From NCBI GenBank assembly GCA_024137785.1, contig JAHRHZ010000127.1, positions 2,484,612 to 2,548,611 on the forward strand: a stretch of DNA of 64,000 bases, read 5' to 3'. Source of the DNA: Ginglymostoma cirratum (lineage: Eukaryota). Positions 36,912 through 49,520 of this stretch are shown here, piece by piece; positions within the stretch are counted from its first letter, which is position 1; each line of letters starts with the position of its first letter. The translations under genes and the position numbers were made by a program. Below the pieces are notes generated by a model. It was not told the origin of the DNA, did not search any database, and was given only the letters and a program-made list of their open reading frames with translations.

Positions 36912-37917
36912 GAGATAGTAGGAACTGCAGAATCTGAGATGACAAGGTGTAGATCTGTATGAACACAGCAGGCCAAGCAGCATCAGAGGAGCAGGAAAGC
37001 TGACGTTTCGGGCCTACACCCTTCTTCAGAAATGAGGGAGGGGAAGGGGACTCTGAAATAAATAGGGAGAGAGGGGGAGGCGGATTAAAGATGGATAAAG
37101 GAGAAGACGGGTGGAGAGGAGACAGACAGGTCAGAGAGATGGGGGTGGACCCAGTAAAGGTGAGCGTAGGTGGGGAGGTAGGAAGGGGATAGGTCATTCA
37201 AGGGAGGATGGACAGGTCGAGGGGGCGGGATGAGGTTAGTAGGTAGGAGATGGGGGTGGGACTTGAGGTGGGAGAGGGGAGAGGAAGGACAGTTTAGGGA
37301 GGCGGGGACAAGCTGGGCTGGTTTTGGGATGCGGTTGGGGGAGGGGAGATTTTGAAGCTTGTGAAGTCCACAATGGTACCATTGGGCTGCAGGGTTCCCA
37401 AGCGAAATATGAGGTGCTGTTACTGCAACCTTCAGGTGGCATCGTTGTGGCACTGCAGGAGGCCCAGGATGGACATGTCGTCTAAGGAATGGGACGGGGA
37501 GTTAAAATGGTTCGCGACTGGGAGGTGCAGTTGCTTAGTGCGAACCGAGCGTAGGTGTTCTGCAAAGCGGTCCCCAAGCTTCCGCTTGGTTTCCCCGATG
37601 TAGAGGAGGCCACATCTGGAACAACGGATACAGTATACCACATTAGCAGGGGTGCAGGTGAACATCTGCTTGATGTGGAAAGTCTTCTTGGGGCCTGGGA
37701 TGGGAGTGAGTGGGGAGGTGTAAGGACAGGTGTAGCACTTCCTGCGGTTGCAGGGAAAAGTGCCGGGTGTGCTGCGGCTAGAGGGGAGTGTGAAGAGGAC
37801 CAGAGAGTCACAGAGAGAGTTGTCCCTCCGGAAAGCAGATAAGGGTGGGGAGGGAAAAATGTCTTTGGTGGTGGGGTCGGATTGCAGATGGCGGAAGTGT
37901 CGGAGGCTGATGCGTTG
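36912..37917 (-). mobile_element. Penelope-like retroelement 3' portion with GIY-YIG endonuclease
   Basis: ORF 37432-37995 has the CNRRKCYTC linker, FTCTPANVVYCIRCSRCGLLYIGETKRKLGDRFAEH and PVANHFN, followed by the terminal repeat. Confidence 0.92.
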
Positions 37918-38214
37918 GAGTTTGAATTGAGTTGTACACATTGATAAGAAGTACATTGGATGGGAAGAATCAATTTCCATGAGCAGAGAGATCAATATTC
38001 AAGCTGCCAGGTCGAGAAAGATGTGCTTGTATTTTTATAGCGCCTTTCATCATCACCTGTTTACAAAATGCCTCACAACCAATAAAGTATCTTTGAAGTA
38101 AATCATTCATTGGCAAAGTGAATGTATAAATCAGGGCAGTACAACCAGATATCAAAGAAAATGTTTGAATTACTCACAACTGGCACTAGAGACACCAATG
38201 AGTTCAAATGTAAG

Positions 38215-38955
38215 TTTCGGGGTTTGTTCTGCTCTGATTTACACTCAAGGTTGTCTAGGACCAGAAAGCCTAATCTCAGAGGAAGGTGTTGTCCATTTAA
38301 TCGAGAAATAAGAAGGATTTTTCTCTTTTGGAGGGTGGTAAATCTGTAGAATGCTTTGTTGCATAGGGCTGTTGAGGCCGGGTCATTAAGTATATTAAGG
38401 CTGAAAAGATAGATTTTCATTTAGTAAGGGTATCATGGGCCAAGGGGGTAAGGTAGGAAAGTGGAGTTGATGATTATCAAATCAACAATAATCTCATTGA
38501 AAAGTGCAGCCGACGTGATGGACTAAATGGCTCCCTTCTGCTGTAATGTCTTATGGTCTGAGCCCAATATCTGTAATTTACGAAGTGCTAGAGACCATTG
38601 TTAAGGAAGTAATAACAGGATATTTGGAAAAGTTTAATGCATTGAAACTGAGTCAACATCGTTTGTAAACGGGAAATCACATTTGACAAGTTTCTTAGGT
38701 TCTATGAAGATACTATAAGCAGATTTGATAAAGGGGCTATCAGTAGATGAAGTGTATTTGGATTTCTCGCATCTCCTTCATGCAGGGCTACATAAAAGGC
38801 CATTGTACAAGATACAAGTTCATAGTGCTAATTTATGAAGGAGCATGGTCGAACAATTGGTGATCACGCAGAAGCTACAGAGACTGGCTCAAACTCCTGA
38901 AAAGCTGTCGCAACAAAGCGCATCTTTTCAGGTTGGAAAGATATAGTTAGTGGGT
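38215..38955 (+). mobile_element. CR1-group LINE fragments (3' end plus RT piece)
   Basis: RRIFLFWRVVNL C-terminal motif with 3' UTR, then degenerate SQH.F..GKSHLT...VDEVYLDF. Confidence 0.7.
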
Positions 38956-38959
38956 TTTT

Positions 38960-39720
38960 TTCACACGGCAGATTCGATGACAGAGAGAAACTGACTTGCA
39001 GCCAAAATGATAGCAAATCAAAAGTCAGAAGCAGTCTAATTTAGAAAAAATACAAGAAACAAAAGCATTCCCCCAGTGGTCTGGTCGTTACGATTTGGCA
39101 CTTTCACCACCACGGTCAGGCTTCGATTTCTGGTCAGGGAAGCGAGTTCTGCTCTGCCAGGTTATCATCATTACAGAATTACTGACTGATTTTCAGGAGC
39201 AAGAACGAAGCTGTGGAACTGACTGATAATCTCCTTTGTCCCACGCATTATTCAGGTTAACGTTAAACAAAGAACGGCTGACGCTGGAAATCCGACATAA
39301 AAAACAGGAATTGATAGATAAACTCAGCAGTTCTGGTAGTATCTGTGGAGAGAAACAAAGCTAATGTTTCAGGTCCACGGACCATTTCAGAAACACATTA
39401 GATATGCAATTCTACATTATAATTTTGGGCGAAATTATCAGCTTTATCTGGCGAATCAGCATGTTTATCAAAATCTCTCTCACTGATTAGCTTGCAACTG
39501 TTCATTGCTACAGTTCGTAAAACAGCAAGAAGCAACATGGTGTGCTGGGGACAACCCCGGGCGACTAGAGTGAGAGCAGTGGAATAATAACAGGTTTAAG
39601 TAAAGCACAGGAAGCATGTCCAGCTGTCTCCTTCGAGATCACCACGTTGGATAAACGACATGGCACTTGAGAGAAGTTTAAATGGGGCGACTTCAAAGTA
39701 AGGCACAGCTGGGATTTGAA
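38960..39720 (-). repeat. tRNA-cluster duplicon copy D (inverted)
   Basis: Reverse complement of ~26980-27700. It ends in the tRNA-Thr 3' end (TTCAAATCCCAGCTGTGCCT on minus at 39701-39720). Confidence 0.75.
39069..39141 (+). pseudogene. tRNA-Glu(TTC) degenerate copy
   Basis: TCCCCCAGTGGTCTGGTCGTTACGATTTGGCACTTTCACCACCACGGTCAGGCTTCGATTTCTGGTCAGGGAA. Confidence 0.8.
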
Positions 39721-41374
39721 TCGACTTCTGAGAAAAGATTTTGCACTGATGGAATGAAAAGTCCCATGACAGCGGGGATGTAAAATTGTCTGCGAGGAAT
39801 TGTTGTTGAAAGTCGAGGAGAGTGCACAGTGCTGGTCCCAGGCTTCAATATTGATACTAACTATCTTCTGGACAGATACTAATGGCCCGTACTTATGAGC
39901 AGAGCAGACAATTCCAAAATCCTAAATTGCACCCTCTGATTCACGAGCCTTCTTCGTCGCCTCACGGAGGGTGTCCTGCGGAGGTGTCCGGCACAGCTGT
40001 CATGACTGTGACGATATCTCTTCGAATTCCGCTGTGATGAATCTCAGCCGCCATCTGATATCTTTCTCAGCTTCTCGCTTTCCAGTGCACACTTCATTGC
40101 GGAGCAAATCAATGAAGTAGTTGTTATTCCAACACAGATACAGGCTGCCAAGTTGCAACAGTCACGTGATTTCCGGTTTCTCCTACACTCTCGCTCTGTG
40201 ATGACCTGAATAGGAAAGTGCACCATGTCTGATACACAGGACATCCTGCAGTATTTCCCCACGCTGATTCAGGCAGCGCTGTCCGCCCTACGACATACAC
40301 CATGGAGAATGATGTCAATAGATCTTCACTGCTGTAATACCCTGTTGTGCAGATGTGTCCCGGCTGTGTAAATATGAACTTTGTTTAACTTCCCATATTA
40401 TGTTGGTCCAGCTCTGATTCGAGCTACTGTTACAGATTTGACACAGGGCAGATGAAGGCTATGCAGCCCATCTTGTCTGTGTTGGATTTTCAAAATGAGT
40501 ATGTTTTTGGTTCATGTCATTCTTTTGCCTTCTCTCTGTAAGTGTGCACATTTTTACAAGATCACCTAATTCCTTTTTGAGTGCCTCTTCTTCATTTTCA
40601 GGCTTTAATTTACAAACACTAACCATTCACTGTGAAGAAAGTTCTCCCTCAAGTCACTTAGCTTCTTTTGGGAACTATTTTAAATCTCTGCTCTGCATTT
40701 TTCCATCCATCCACTTGGAGAAGCATTTCCTCCATTGTTACGCTGACCAGACACCTCGTGAACTAGAAAACTTCAATCAGATTCGCTTTCAGCCTTCTCT
40801 TCTCAAAAGGGAACGATTTTTACTTTCTAATCTGTCTCCATTGCTGACATTTCTCATAAAGGACACCATTCACAAAACCTGCTCAGTGATGCCTCCAATC
40901 ACTTCATGTTGCCTCTTCCTGAAGTTTCACGCCCACAACTGGGCAATAAGGCAGCTGGAAGATTCATTCGTAGTCGATGGCACGGACGAACATCCTGAAA
41001 CACTCGCATGTCTACAATGTACAAAGCCCGAGCCGAGAAACTAACCCCTAGATCAACGAGCCATTGCGAGATCTCAGTGTTCAGTCCTGAACCAATTGAG
41101 TTTCGCTCAGCGTGAAGCACTTCCACATAGTGATTGACGCACAGAAAACTCATGGACTGCTTTCAGTGCAGAAAGAAGCTGTTCAGTGCATCGAAACCAC
41201 AGGGACTCTCTGTCACTTGTATCTCTGTGAGTTTGCATAATCGGTGATATCTGTTCTAATAATGGTGAACTGCGTTTGTGTCGTGATGCTGTCTCCGACA
41301 TGGTCATCCTCTTGTTCCTGACTTTTCACTTACTGGGAGGACGTTTCTGTCTGAGTAAATGTGGGGACTGACTG

Positions 41375-42678
41375 CTGGTCATCCCACGCAGGGAAAACAC
41401 CCGCCCACCGCCGACGTCGCCCTACCCACCACTGATATCGCCCCTAACTCCACCCCGACAACCAGCTCCAACCCAGCCAACAGCTCCAAACCTAGTCCCA
41501 GCCCCAAGCCTTGCCGGTCTTCACCATCCCCCAGACCGCCCTCTCCAAAGGTCTCAACTTAATTCTCCTGCGCCCACACATCAATGAATTCCGTTCGCGT
41601 TAGGACGTCGAATACTTTTCCGCTGCCTTCAACTCTGTGCCTATTTCTTTAACCGCGATTCTAACCCACCCTGTACACACTCCTTCTCCCACCTCTAACA
41701 CACCCCATTCTCCTGGACACCACCCTCAGGCCTCCTACCCTCCCTCGATCTCTTCATTTCCAACTGCTGTCCTGACATCAATCCCCTAAACCTCTCCACC
41801 CTCACTCCAACCTCTCCACCACAGAACGTGGAGCCGTCCGCTCCCTCCACTACAACCCACGGATAAAGGAGGCTCGGTTGTGGTATGGCGCACTGACCTT
41901 TATATCGCCTAGGACAGGTGTCAACTCTCTGACACCTCCTCCTACCGTCCCCTTGAGCATGGCTCCAGCCCTGACCACTAAAACATCATTGCCCAGACCA
42001 TCCATAACTTCATCACCTCAGGAGAACTCCCACCCACAGCCTCTAACCTCATCCTTCTCCAACGCCGCATTGCCCGTTTCTATCTCCTTCCCAAATTTCA
42101 CAATCCTGACTGTCCGGGCGGACCCATTATCTCTGTCTGCTCCTGCCTCACTGAGCTTAGTTCCACTTACCTTGACTCCGTTTCCTACCCTCGTCTAGCA
42201 ACCCCCGACCGAGACACCACCCACGCCCTCCATCTCCTCCAAGTCTTCCAATTCCCTGTCCCTCATCTTCACTATGGACATCCAATCCCTGTACACTTGT
42301 ATCCCCCACACAGATAATCTAAAAGCCCTCTGCTTCTTCCTGTCCGGTAGGCCCAAACAGCCCCCCTCCACCGACACCCTCATCTGCTTAACCCAACTCG
42401 TCCTTACTCTCAACAACTTCTCCTTTAACTCCTCCCACTTCCTATAAACTAAGCGGATGCCAATGGCCTCCCCCTCAACCCCATGGGCCCAAGCTACGCC
42501 TGCCTCTTCGTAAGATACATGGAACAGCCCCACTTCCGCTGCTACACTGGCACTATCCCCCATCTCTTCCGCCGTTACATTGTTGACTGTATCGGTGCTG
42601 CCTTCTGCTCCCACGAGGAACTTGAATAGTTCATGAACTTTACTAATACCTTTCCCTCAACCTCACATTCACCTTGAG
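41375..42678 (+). mobile_element. Penelope-like retroelement, degenerate RT region
   Basis: Frameshifted RFYLLPKFHNPDCPGGPI, LIFTMDIQSLYTCIPH, LVLTLNNFSFNSSHF, GPSYACLF and FRRYIVD, all PLE RT motifs. Confidence 0.88.
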
Positions 42679-42770
42679 GTGAATGTTTAAAAAAAAACAA
42701 CGGCCATCTAAACAAAAACAGCAGCAGAGCAGAAGAAGAACAATGAATTAAATAAACGTAAAAATCAATC

Positions 42771-42810
42771 TAATTAATGGTCTCCCCAGGGACTGAAATC
42801 AGGTATAAAT
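42771..42810 (+). promoter_or_regulatory. putative core promoter of GPCR gene 2: homeodomain site, O/E(EBF) palindrome and TATA box
   Basis: TAATTAATGG (42771-42780), TCCCCAGGGA (42783-42792; canonical TCCCNNGGGA), a 12-nt spacer, then ATAAAT (42805-42810) within TATAAAT. Confidence 0.65.
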
Positions 42811-42868
42811 GATATATACCCCTCCCTCTTCACTGAGTCAGAGATGACATTGAGAGTTTCAGAGAGAA

Positions 42869-45800
42869 ATGCACGAAATACCAAAAGGTCTGGTGTTTGC
42901 CATTTACTATCCTGTCCTTGCTGTGATTGGAGTTCCAGGTAAATTATGGTAATTATAAACTACGTAAATCAATGGCGAAGTGCACGAGATCTCCTCGTTT
43001 TCAGGGAGAGACGCGTCACCGAGGTACAGATATCCGCCCTGTCATTAAAGGGAATATAGTTATTCTGTAACTGGTATGATGAGCTCCCTTCAACTGATAT
43101 AATTTTCATTCTTGTATTCTCTACCTTTCTGGAAAATTCAGCATTTTATCATCATGTTACTTTCCATTTACTGACAGAATCTTATGACATTCATGCGTTA
43201 TTTCTCGACATTAACATTATTATTTCGTCACTTTACTGACACACACTTTTATTAAATGATTAATTGGTACCTTTTAATAGTCGACTATCTTACTGCGATC
43301 ATAAACATTTAATGAATTTAATTGCGCTATTTCCTTTATTTACTGTGAGCACATAAAGCAAATAGAATTCTGTTTTGTCAATACTATTTTTACTGCAAGT
43401 GAATTGTCAGATTGTTATCAGTGTGTAAAATAATTTTATTGTGTCATTGACAATATATTTTGGGCAAATCCAGCTAGTGATAATGTTGTAAATGCAGTTC
43501 GATATGGCAATGACAATCCTTTGGTTGTATTTTCTATTTGCCATCTGAAAAGCAGTTCTTTTGTATTATTTTCGCTGTCTTTCTCGGTGATTTGCTGTGT
43601 CACTGTCAGAGGTAAGTATACTTTTATCCTGCAATTTACTTTCACTATGAGGGGATAATTCTGACAATTGAGTTATTGTTCCTGTCCTCTGGCGGTATTG
43701 AACAGTTCCTATCTGCCATTACTGATTGAGTTTCTTGAAGGGACATATTAATTATGAAGCAGTTTTGTGATGTACTGCCAATGTCAGAGTTCTCTTCCAT
43801 ATTCAAATACTTATGTTTCTCTGACTCTTAGAGCATTGTTAGAATTAGAATTAGATTTTATTGTCACGTTTGCTCAAGTACAGCCATGCAGGAGGATTGT
43901 GAAAAAGTTTACAATGTTGCCATTCACGGCGACATCTTAGGTACAAGGTATCGAGGTACAAAATCTCAGGTAAGGAGCAGAAAAAATACAATAAAGCAAA
44001 GTTAAAAGTGCAACATTAGCTATTGTCAGTATGAAGTAGTAAATAAGAAATAAAGTTTAAACTTCCAAATCACAGTCCTGGTTCAACCATGGGCCTGCAG
44101 TTGCTCAACGCTGGGCTTTCCCCATAAGGGCTGGTTCTCCGTCCCATGCTGAGCTGGATCTCTCGGGCCCCCTGCCGCTGCTCGCCATCTCACTGCCGAT
44201 CATTGTCCGTCTCCGGTCTCCCAGTCACTCCCATAATTCCAATGGCCACCAGAATTCTGCCCGAACACACCAATCACCTTGTGTCTGACCGGCAAACTCC
44301 CTGCTCTGGGCCTCCAGCCGCTCCCGTCGCCACCACTGCCTTCACGACTGAACTCCCTCCAGCAAGTAAGTAAAGAGAATAAAACTAAAATGGAAGAAAA
44401 CAAACTCAGAAAAGAAGAAAGAAAAGTGGTTGGAGCGGACAAGCTCTGAATTAGGAGCCCTACTCCAGTGTGTCTATTCTCACCTACTAACACTCATTAA
44501 TTCTGTCCCAATCAACTCCTCACCATTTGCTGCTGCAGGATCTAAATTGACAATTACTGAATATTCTAATTACTCGCGGCGGCAGGAAATATTTCAGACT
44601 GTTATATAGTCACTATTTTCTCCATGTTGAGTGAATCTGCAATCCTGTTGGCAATTAACATCTAATTTGAAAGATTTTATTTCAAACGTCCAATATGATA
44701 ACGTTGATATTTTTCTTGAAAGTGCAGTAAAGCACCATTAAAGTTTTGTGCTGTAACAGGCTCCTTCTTCGCACGAGATCCCATCATCTGTCAGTTCCCA
44801 TGGCTCAGACTGACTTTCCAGAAATCATGTCGCTGTTTGGTAAAAGGTATGAATCTAACATTGCAACTTTCCAAACATTTATTCTGTGAAGTTGGCGAGT
44901 CCATTCTGCTCTTGGTGGCGTCTTTTGACAATTGAAAGATTACTTTCCCAGCAGTTGAATGATTTAATCATCGAACTGAGTTAGGTTTGTCTCCTAGTGA
45001 TCTTTAATTCATCTCCCAGTTAGTTTCCAGATTTATTGGCAGTTTATGTGTTGCTTACTTCCTTGAATATTTTCCATAGAGCTTTGCTGATGTAAATACC
45101 TTCCTGTCTGTCCCTTATCCAATTAGTTGCATTGTTGCCACACTAAGTTGTTTGATTTTAATTTAAAGGACAATTATAAACCCTGAAGTCAATTGTGTCA
45201 CATTGAAAATAATATGCACAATTGCATCTCAAATTTTATATTTTCACACTTGATCCTGTCAAATAGTGAGTTACTTGAGATTAGATACAATACTTGCCCT
45301 AATCGCGAAATAAACTCTCTCTTACTCAATTATAGCTAACTTGGCAGTTGTTGTGATCCTGTCTCGAAGAAGATGTGGTCTTTCTGAAGGTATCACTTAT
45401 TACCTGGTGTCCATGGGGTGACAGACTTCCTCGTTATGGTAACGGCTGTAATGGTAAACCGGATTTCTGGTATTTATTTTCCATCCAGTTTTCTCTCAAC
45501 CACACCAGTATGCCGTTCTCGTGCTGCCTTAAATATGGCAGTCATTGACTGTTCTGCCTGGTTAACGGTGACTTTCACCTTTGATCGTTTTATTGCCATT
45601 TCCTGTCAGCAGCTGAAAATAAAGTATTGCACTGAGAAGATGGCATCGTGTGTTATAGGAATCGTAACCTCACTCTGTTGTATAAAAAACATCTTTATAT
45701 ATTTGCAACTAGAACATAGGTACATCATTAATAATATACCTTGGCTCTGTGTCATAAAATCAATATACTACACATCACCAGCATGGGCGGCATATGACTG

Positions 45801-46245
45801 GATTCGACCTATTTTAACTCCTTTTCTCCCATTCATTCTGATTTTACTGCTCAATGCCCTGACAGCTAGACACATTCTAGCGGCTAACAGAACCCGTCAG
45901 AAACTCCGGAACAAAGGCAATGGAGACAATAAAAGTGATCCAGAAGTGGAAAAACGAAGAAAATTGATTGTCTTGTTATTCGCCATCTCAGGCAGTTTCC
46001 TCCTTTTGTACTTGTTATTTTTTGTCAATATCCTTTACGTTCGAAGTACAAATCTTACTTATTCAGCAGGTTCCAATTTGTAAATTTCCACCTTGGTTAT
46101 AGAACAGAGCGGATATATGCTTCAGTTGTTGAGCTCATACATTAACCCATTTATTTATGCTGTGACCCAGAGCAAAATCAGACATGAGTTTTAAAATGGG
46201 GTGAAATATCCTCTCATCATAATCGTTAAACTTTATAAATTCTGA
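42869..46245 (+). pseudogene. GPR139/GPR142-like GPCR pseudogene, paralogue 2 (exon 1 42869-42938, exon 2 45336-46245)
   Basis: Exon 1 encodes MHEIPKGLVFAIYYPVLAVIGVP with donor G|GTAAAT; the acceptor is TAG|CT. A 1-bp deletion at ~45416 gives ATG GGG TGA, and there are in-frame TAA codons at 46081 and 46192. Confidence 0.9.
43839..44485 (-). mobile_element. non-autonomous non-LTR element (Rex1/L2-like tail) in the pseudogene intron
   Basis: Minus-strand 3' end GTGACAATAAA plus a (TTCTAA)n tail; GC-rich body. Confidence 0.45.
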
Positions 46246-47494
46246 TGACAGAACTAATCTAAATCAATTGTAATTTATTGGATACCATGTTTTTGTTTGT
46301 TTTCGTTCTAGGGCACAGGCAGATTCCTTCTTATGGGTAGTCGCAATTCTAGCTTTACTTAATATATAAATTTAACAACTTAGCATGCAGGAGGCTCGAG
46401 GATAGTTTATATTTAAAACGACATGTGGAGTACATAGAGGAAGGATTATTTCATTATTATGACTTTTCCTCTCATTTCATTCATGTCATTATTATTTCAT
46501 GGAAAGTGATTGTTTCTGGAAATATTAGCTTTGTCACCTTTTGTTAGTTCCCCTTTTCATCGAGTCAAAAATCATACAGATCGACAGAGAAAAGGCCACT
46601 CAGTCCATTGCATTTGCGTTGGTCAAAAATAAACACTTAACTGTTCCAATTGCAGTTTCCAATACTTGGTCCATAGCAGAGGCACAAGCAAGTCCACGCA
46701 GTTTAGGATTAGTTGGCACTGACAGACGGTGCCCACTATGTGGAGGAGCTCATTCACAAATTCTACCAATGGCTCGTCAACATACCCACAAATTCGACAT
46801 TACCTTTCTCCATCTGATCTACAGGTAGAGGTGCAGCAAGTCGTGAAACTTTCCTGAGAGTCCTGTGACTAGTGTTGCCTGCTACTGCTGCTTGCTAGTA
46901 TCCTAAAGATTCACAGAGATGGGAGGTGATACGTGTGACGGAACTATGCTAATGCTTTCAAACTGTAGGCTAAACGCGGAGACGGTACTTACATCAGTTT
47001 TGTGCGCAGTATAGGATTCACGTACCGATGCATACACGGAAAAAGCAATCAGGCTACAAGACAGTGGAAATTTCTCTTTACCTATAGTGGAAAATGTGCC
47101 AATAGGAAAGGTTCACTTATGCCAGATCAGGCAATGGCGTGGAAGCTGGGCTCGGGGAACAGCTCAGTGACACCTCAAAGGAGAATTTTTTAAGACTGAG
47201 AAATTCCAAATGTATATGTCTTCAGCCCGATAGGTCAAGGAAACGGTTTAAATTTGATTATTTTAATTTAACAGCAGTTTCTGTAAGTGAATTAACTGTA
47301 CTATAAATACAATTTGTCCTTTCTATCCTTTTCCATTCAAATTTCCATTAGTATATAATAAGTTTATTCCCCAACCTTGGAGAAGTGCAATGACACTCGT
47401 AAGTTTATGGCTCGAGACGCTGAGAAAGTCAGGATATTTCTCGTTTGATTAACTTATTACAGCACAGGGTAGGATCATGCATACTTTCTGAGTT

Positions 47495-49520
47495 TGCCAC
47501 TGGGTCCACAGCCTCCAACATCATCGTTCCCCAACCCTGTGCCACTCGCTTCTATCTCCTCCCCAAAATCCACAAACCTGACTGTCCCAGCCGACCCATT
47601 GTCTCTGCCTATTCCTGCTCCACTGGACCTATCTCCACTTACCTTGACTCTGGTCTTCCCTTTCCTTCCTCCTGGTCAAGAAACTCTCCACGTACATTTG
47701 AGACACCACCCACGCCCTCCACCTCCTCCCAAACTTCCAATTTCCTGACCCCAACATCTCATCTTCACTATGGACATCCAATCCCTGTACACTTGCATTC
47801 CCCACACGGATGGCCTAAGAGTCCTTCATTTCTCTCTCTCCCCCAGGCCCAAACAGCCCCCCTCCACCGACACCCTCATTTGCTTAACCGAACTCGTCCT
47901 TACCCTTAGCAACTCCTCCTTCAAATCCTCCCATTTCCTACAGACTAACCGGGTGGCCATGGGAATCCACATGGGCTCAGGGTATGCCCGCCTCTTCGTA
48001 GGATACGTGGAACAGTCCCTCTTCCACAGTTACACCAGCACTGTACCCACCTCTTCCTCTGCTACATCAATGGCTTTATTGGCGCTCCCTCATGCTCCCA
48101 CGAGGAGACTGAACAGTTCATCAACTTTACACGTGCTTTTCAACCGAACCTCAAGTTCACCTAGGCCATCTCTGGTATCTCTCTCTCCTTCCTGGACTTC
48201 TCTGTCTGTGTCTCTGGTGACCGCCTCAGAACTGACGTCTACTTCAAGCCCACTGACTCCCACAGCTACCGAGACTAAACTTGTTCTCTCCACTCTTCCT
48301 GCAAGAATGTGATGCCCTACTCCAAATTCCTCTGCCTCCGCCACGTCTGCTCCCAAGATGGGCTGTTCCACTCCCATAATCCCAGATGTCTTCTTATTTG
48401 AAGGACCAAAACATTCCCCCTTCAGTGTTAGAAAATGCTCTCGACGGTATTTCTTGCGTTTCCAGCGCGTCTGCCCTCACATCCCCTCCCCAACAAAGAC
48501 AAATGCAGAATCCCCCTTGTCATCTCATATCATCCCACAAGCACCCATATCCAATAAGTCATTCTCCGCCACTTCCGCCAACTGCAATCTGACCCCCAAA
48601 CCAAAGATATAGTTCGCTCCCCACCCCTTTCTGCCTTTCATAGGGACTGTTGTCTCCATGACTACCTCATCTGCTCCACACTCCCCACTTGACCCACCAC
48701 TTGCCTGCACCTTTCCCTGTAACTGCAGAAAGTGCTACACCTACCCCTACACCTCCCCACTCACATCCGTTCAAGGCACCAAACAACTTTCCATTTCAGA
48801 CATAGGTTCACCTGTACATCCATCAATGTGGTCTATTGCATCCACTGCACCTGATGTAGCCTCCTCCACACCCATATGGCCAAGCAGAGGCTCGGAGCCC
48901 ATTTTGCAGAGCACCTGTGTTGTGTTCATGACAAATGACAGCACCTTTCATTTGAGAACCATTTCAACACCCCCTCCCACTCACTGGGTGACATGTCCAT
49001 TCTGGGCCTTCTCCATTGTCACAATGACGCCACTCAGAAACTGGCAGAGCATCACCTCATATTCAACCTTGGTAGCCGACAGCCAAATGGCCTCAGTGTG
49101 GATTTTACCAGTTTCAAAATCTCCCCATCCCTGGCCTAATCACATGACCAACCCTTATCCCTGCCTCCTTGACCTGACACAACTTGTCCATCTTCTGATG
49201 AAGGGTTTAGGCCCGAAACGTCAAGTTTTCCTGCTCCTATGATGCTGCTTGACCTGCTGTGTTCATCCAGCCCCATGCTTGTTCTCTCCCACTTATCTGC
49301 CTGACCCATCGCACTGACAAATCCTTCACCACTCGCTACCTGCACTCACCTATCACCATCCCACCAACATTCCCAGTCCCACCCCCTCCTCTCTCTATTT
49401 ATTTCTCAGCTGTCTTCCCCCTCCCTCATTTCTGAAGAAGGGTCCCGACCCAAAACGTCACCTTTCCTGTTCCTCTGATGCTGCCTGGCCTGCTGTGTTC
49501 CTCCAGCTCTACACTGACTT
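47495..49520 (+). mobile_element. Penelope-like retroelement (RT, GIY-YIG EN and terminal repeats), frameshifted
   Basis: RFYLLPKIHKPDCPSRPIVS, MDIQSLYTCIPH, VAMGIHMGSGYARLFVG and FPCNCRKCYT; terminal repeats at 49194-49283 and 49430-49515. Confidence 0.92.

Noticed and set aside
40514-41044. 176-aa ORF
   Set aside because: Mostly antisense to a degenerate CR1-like fragment, with no recognisable domain.
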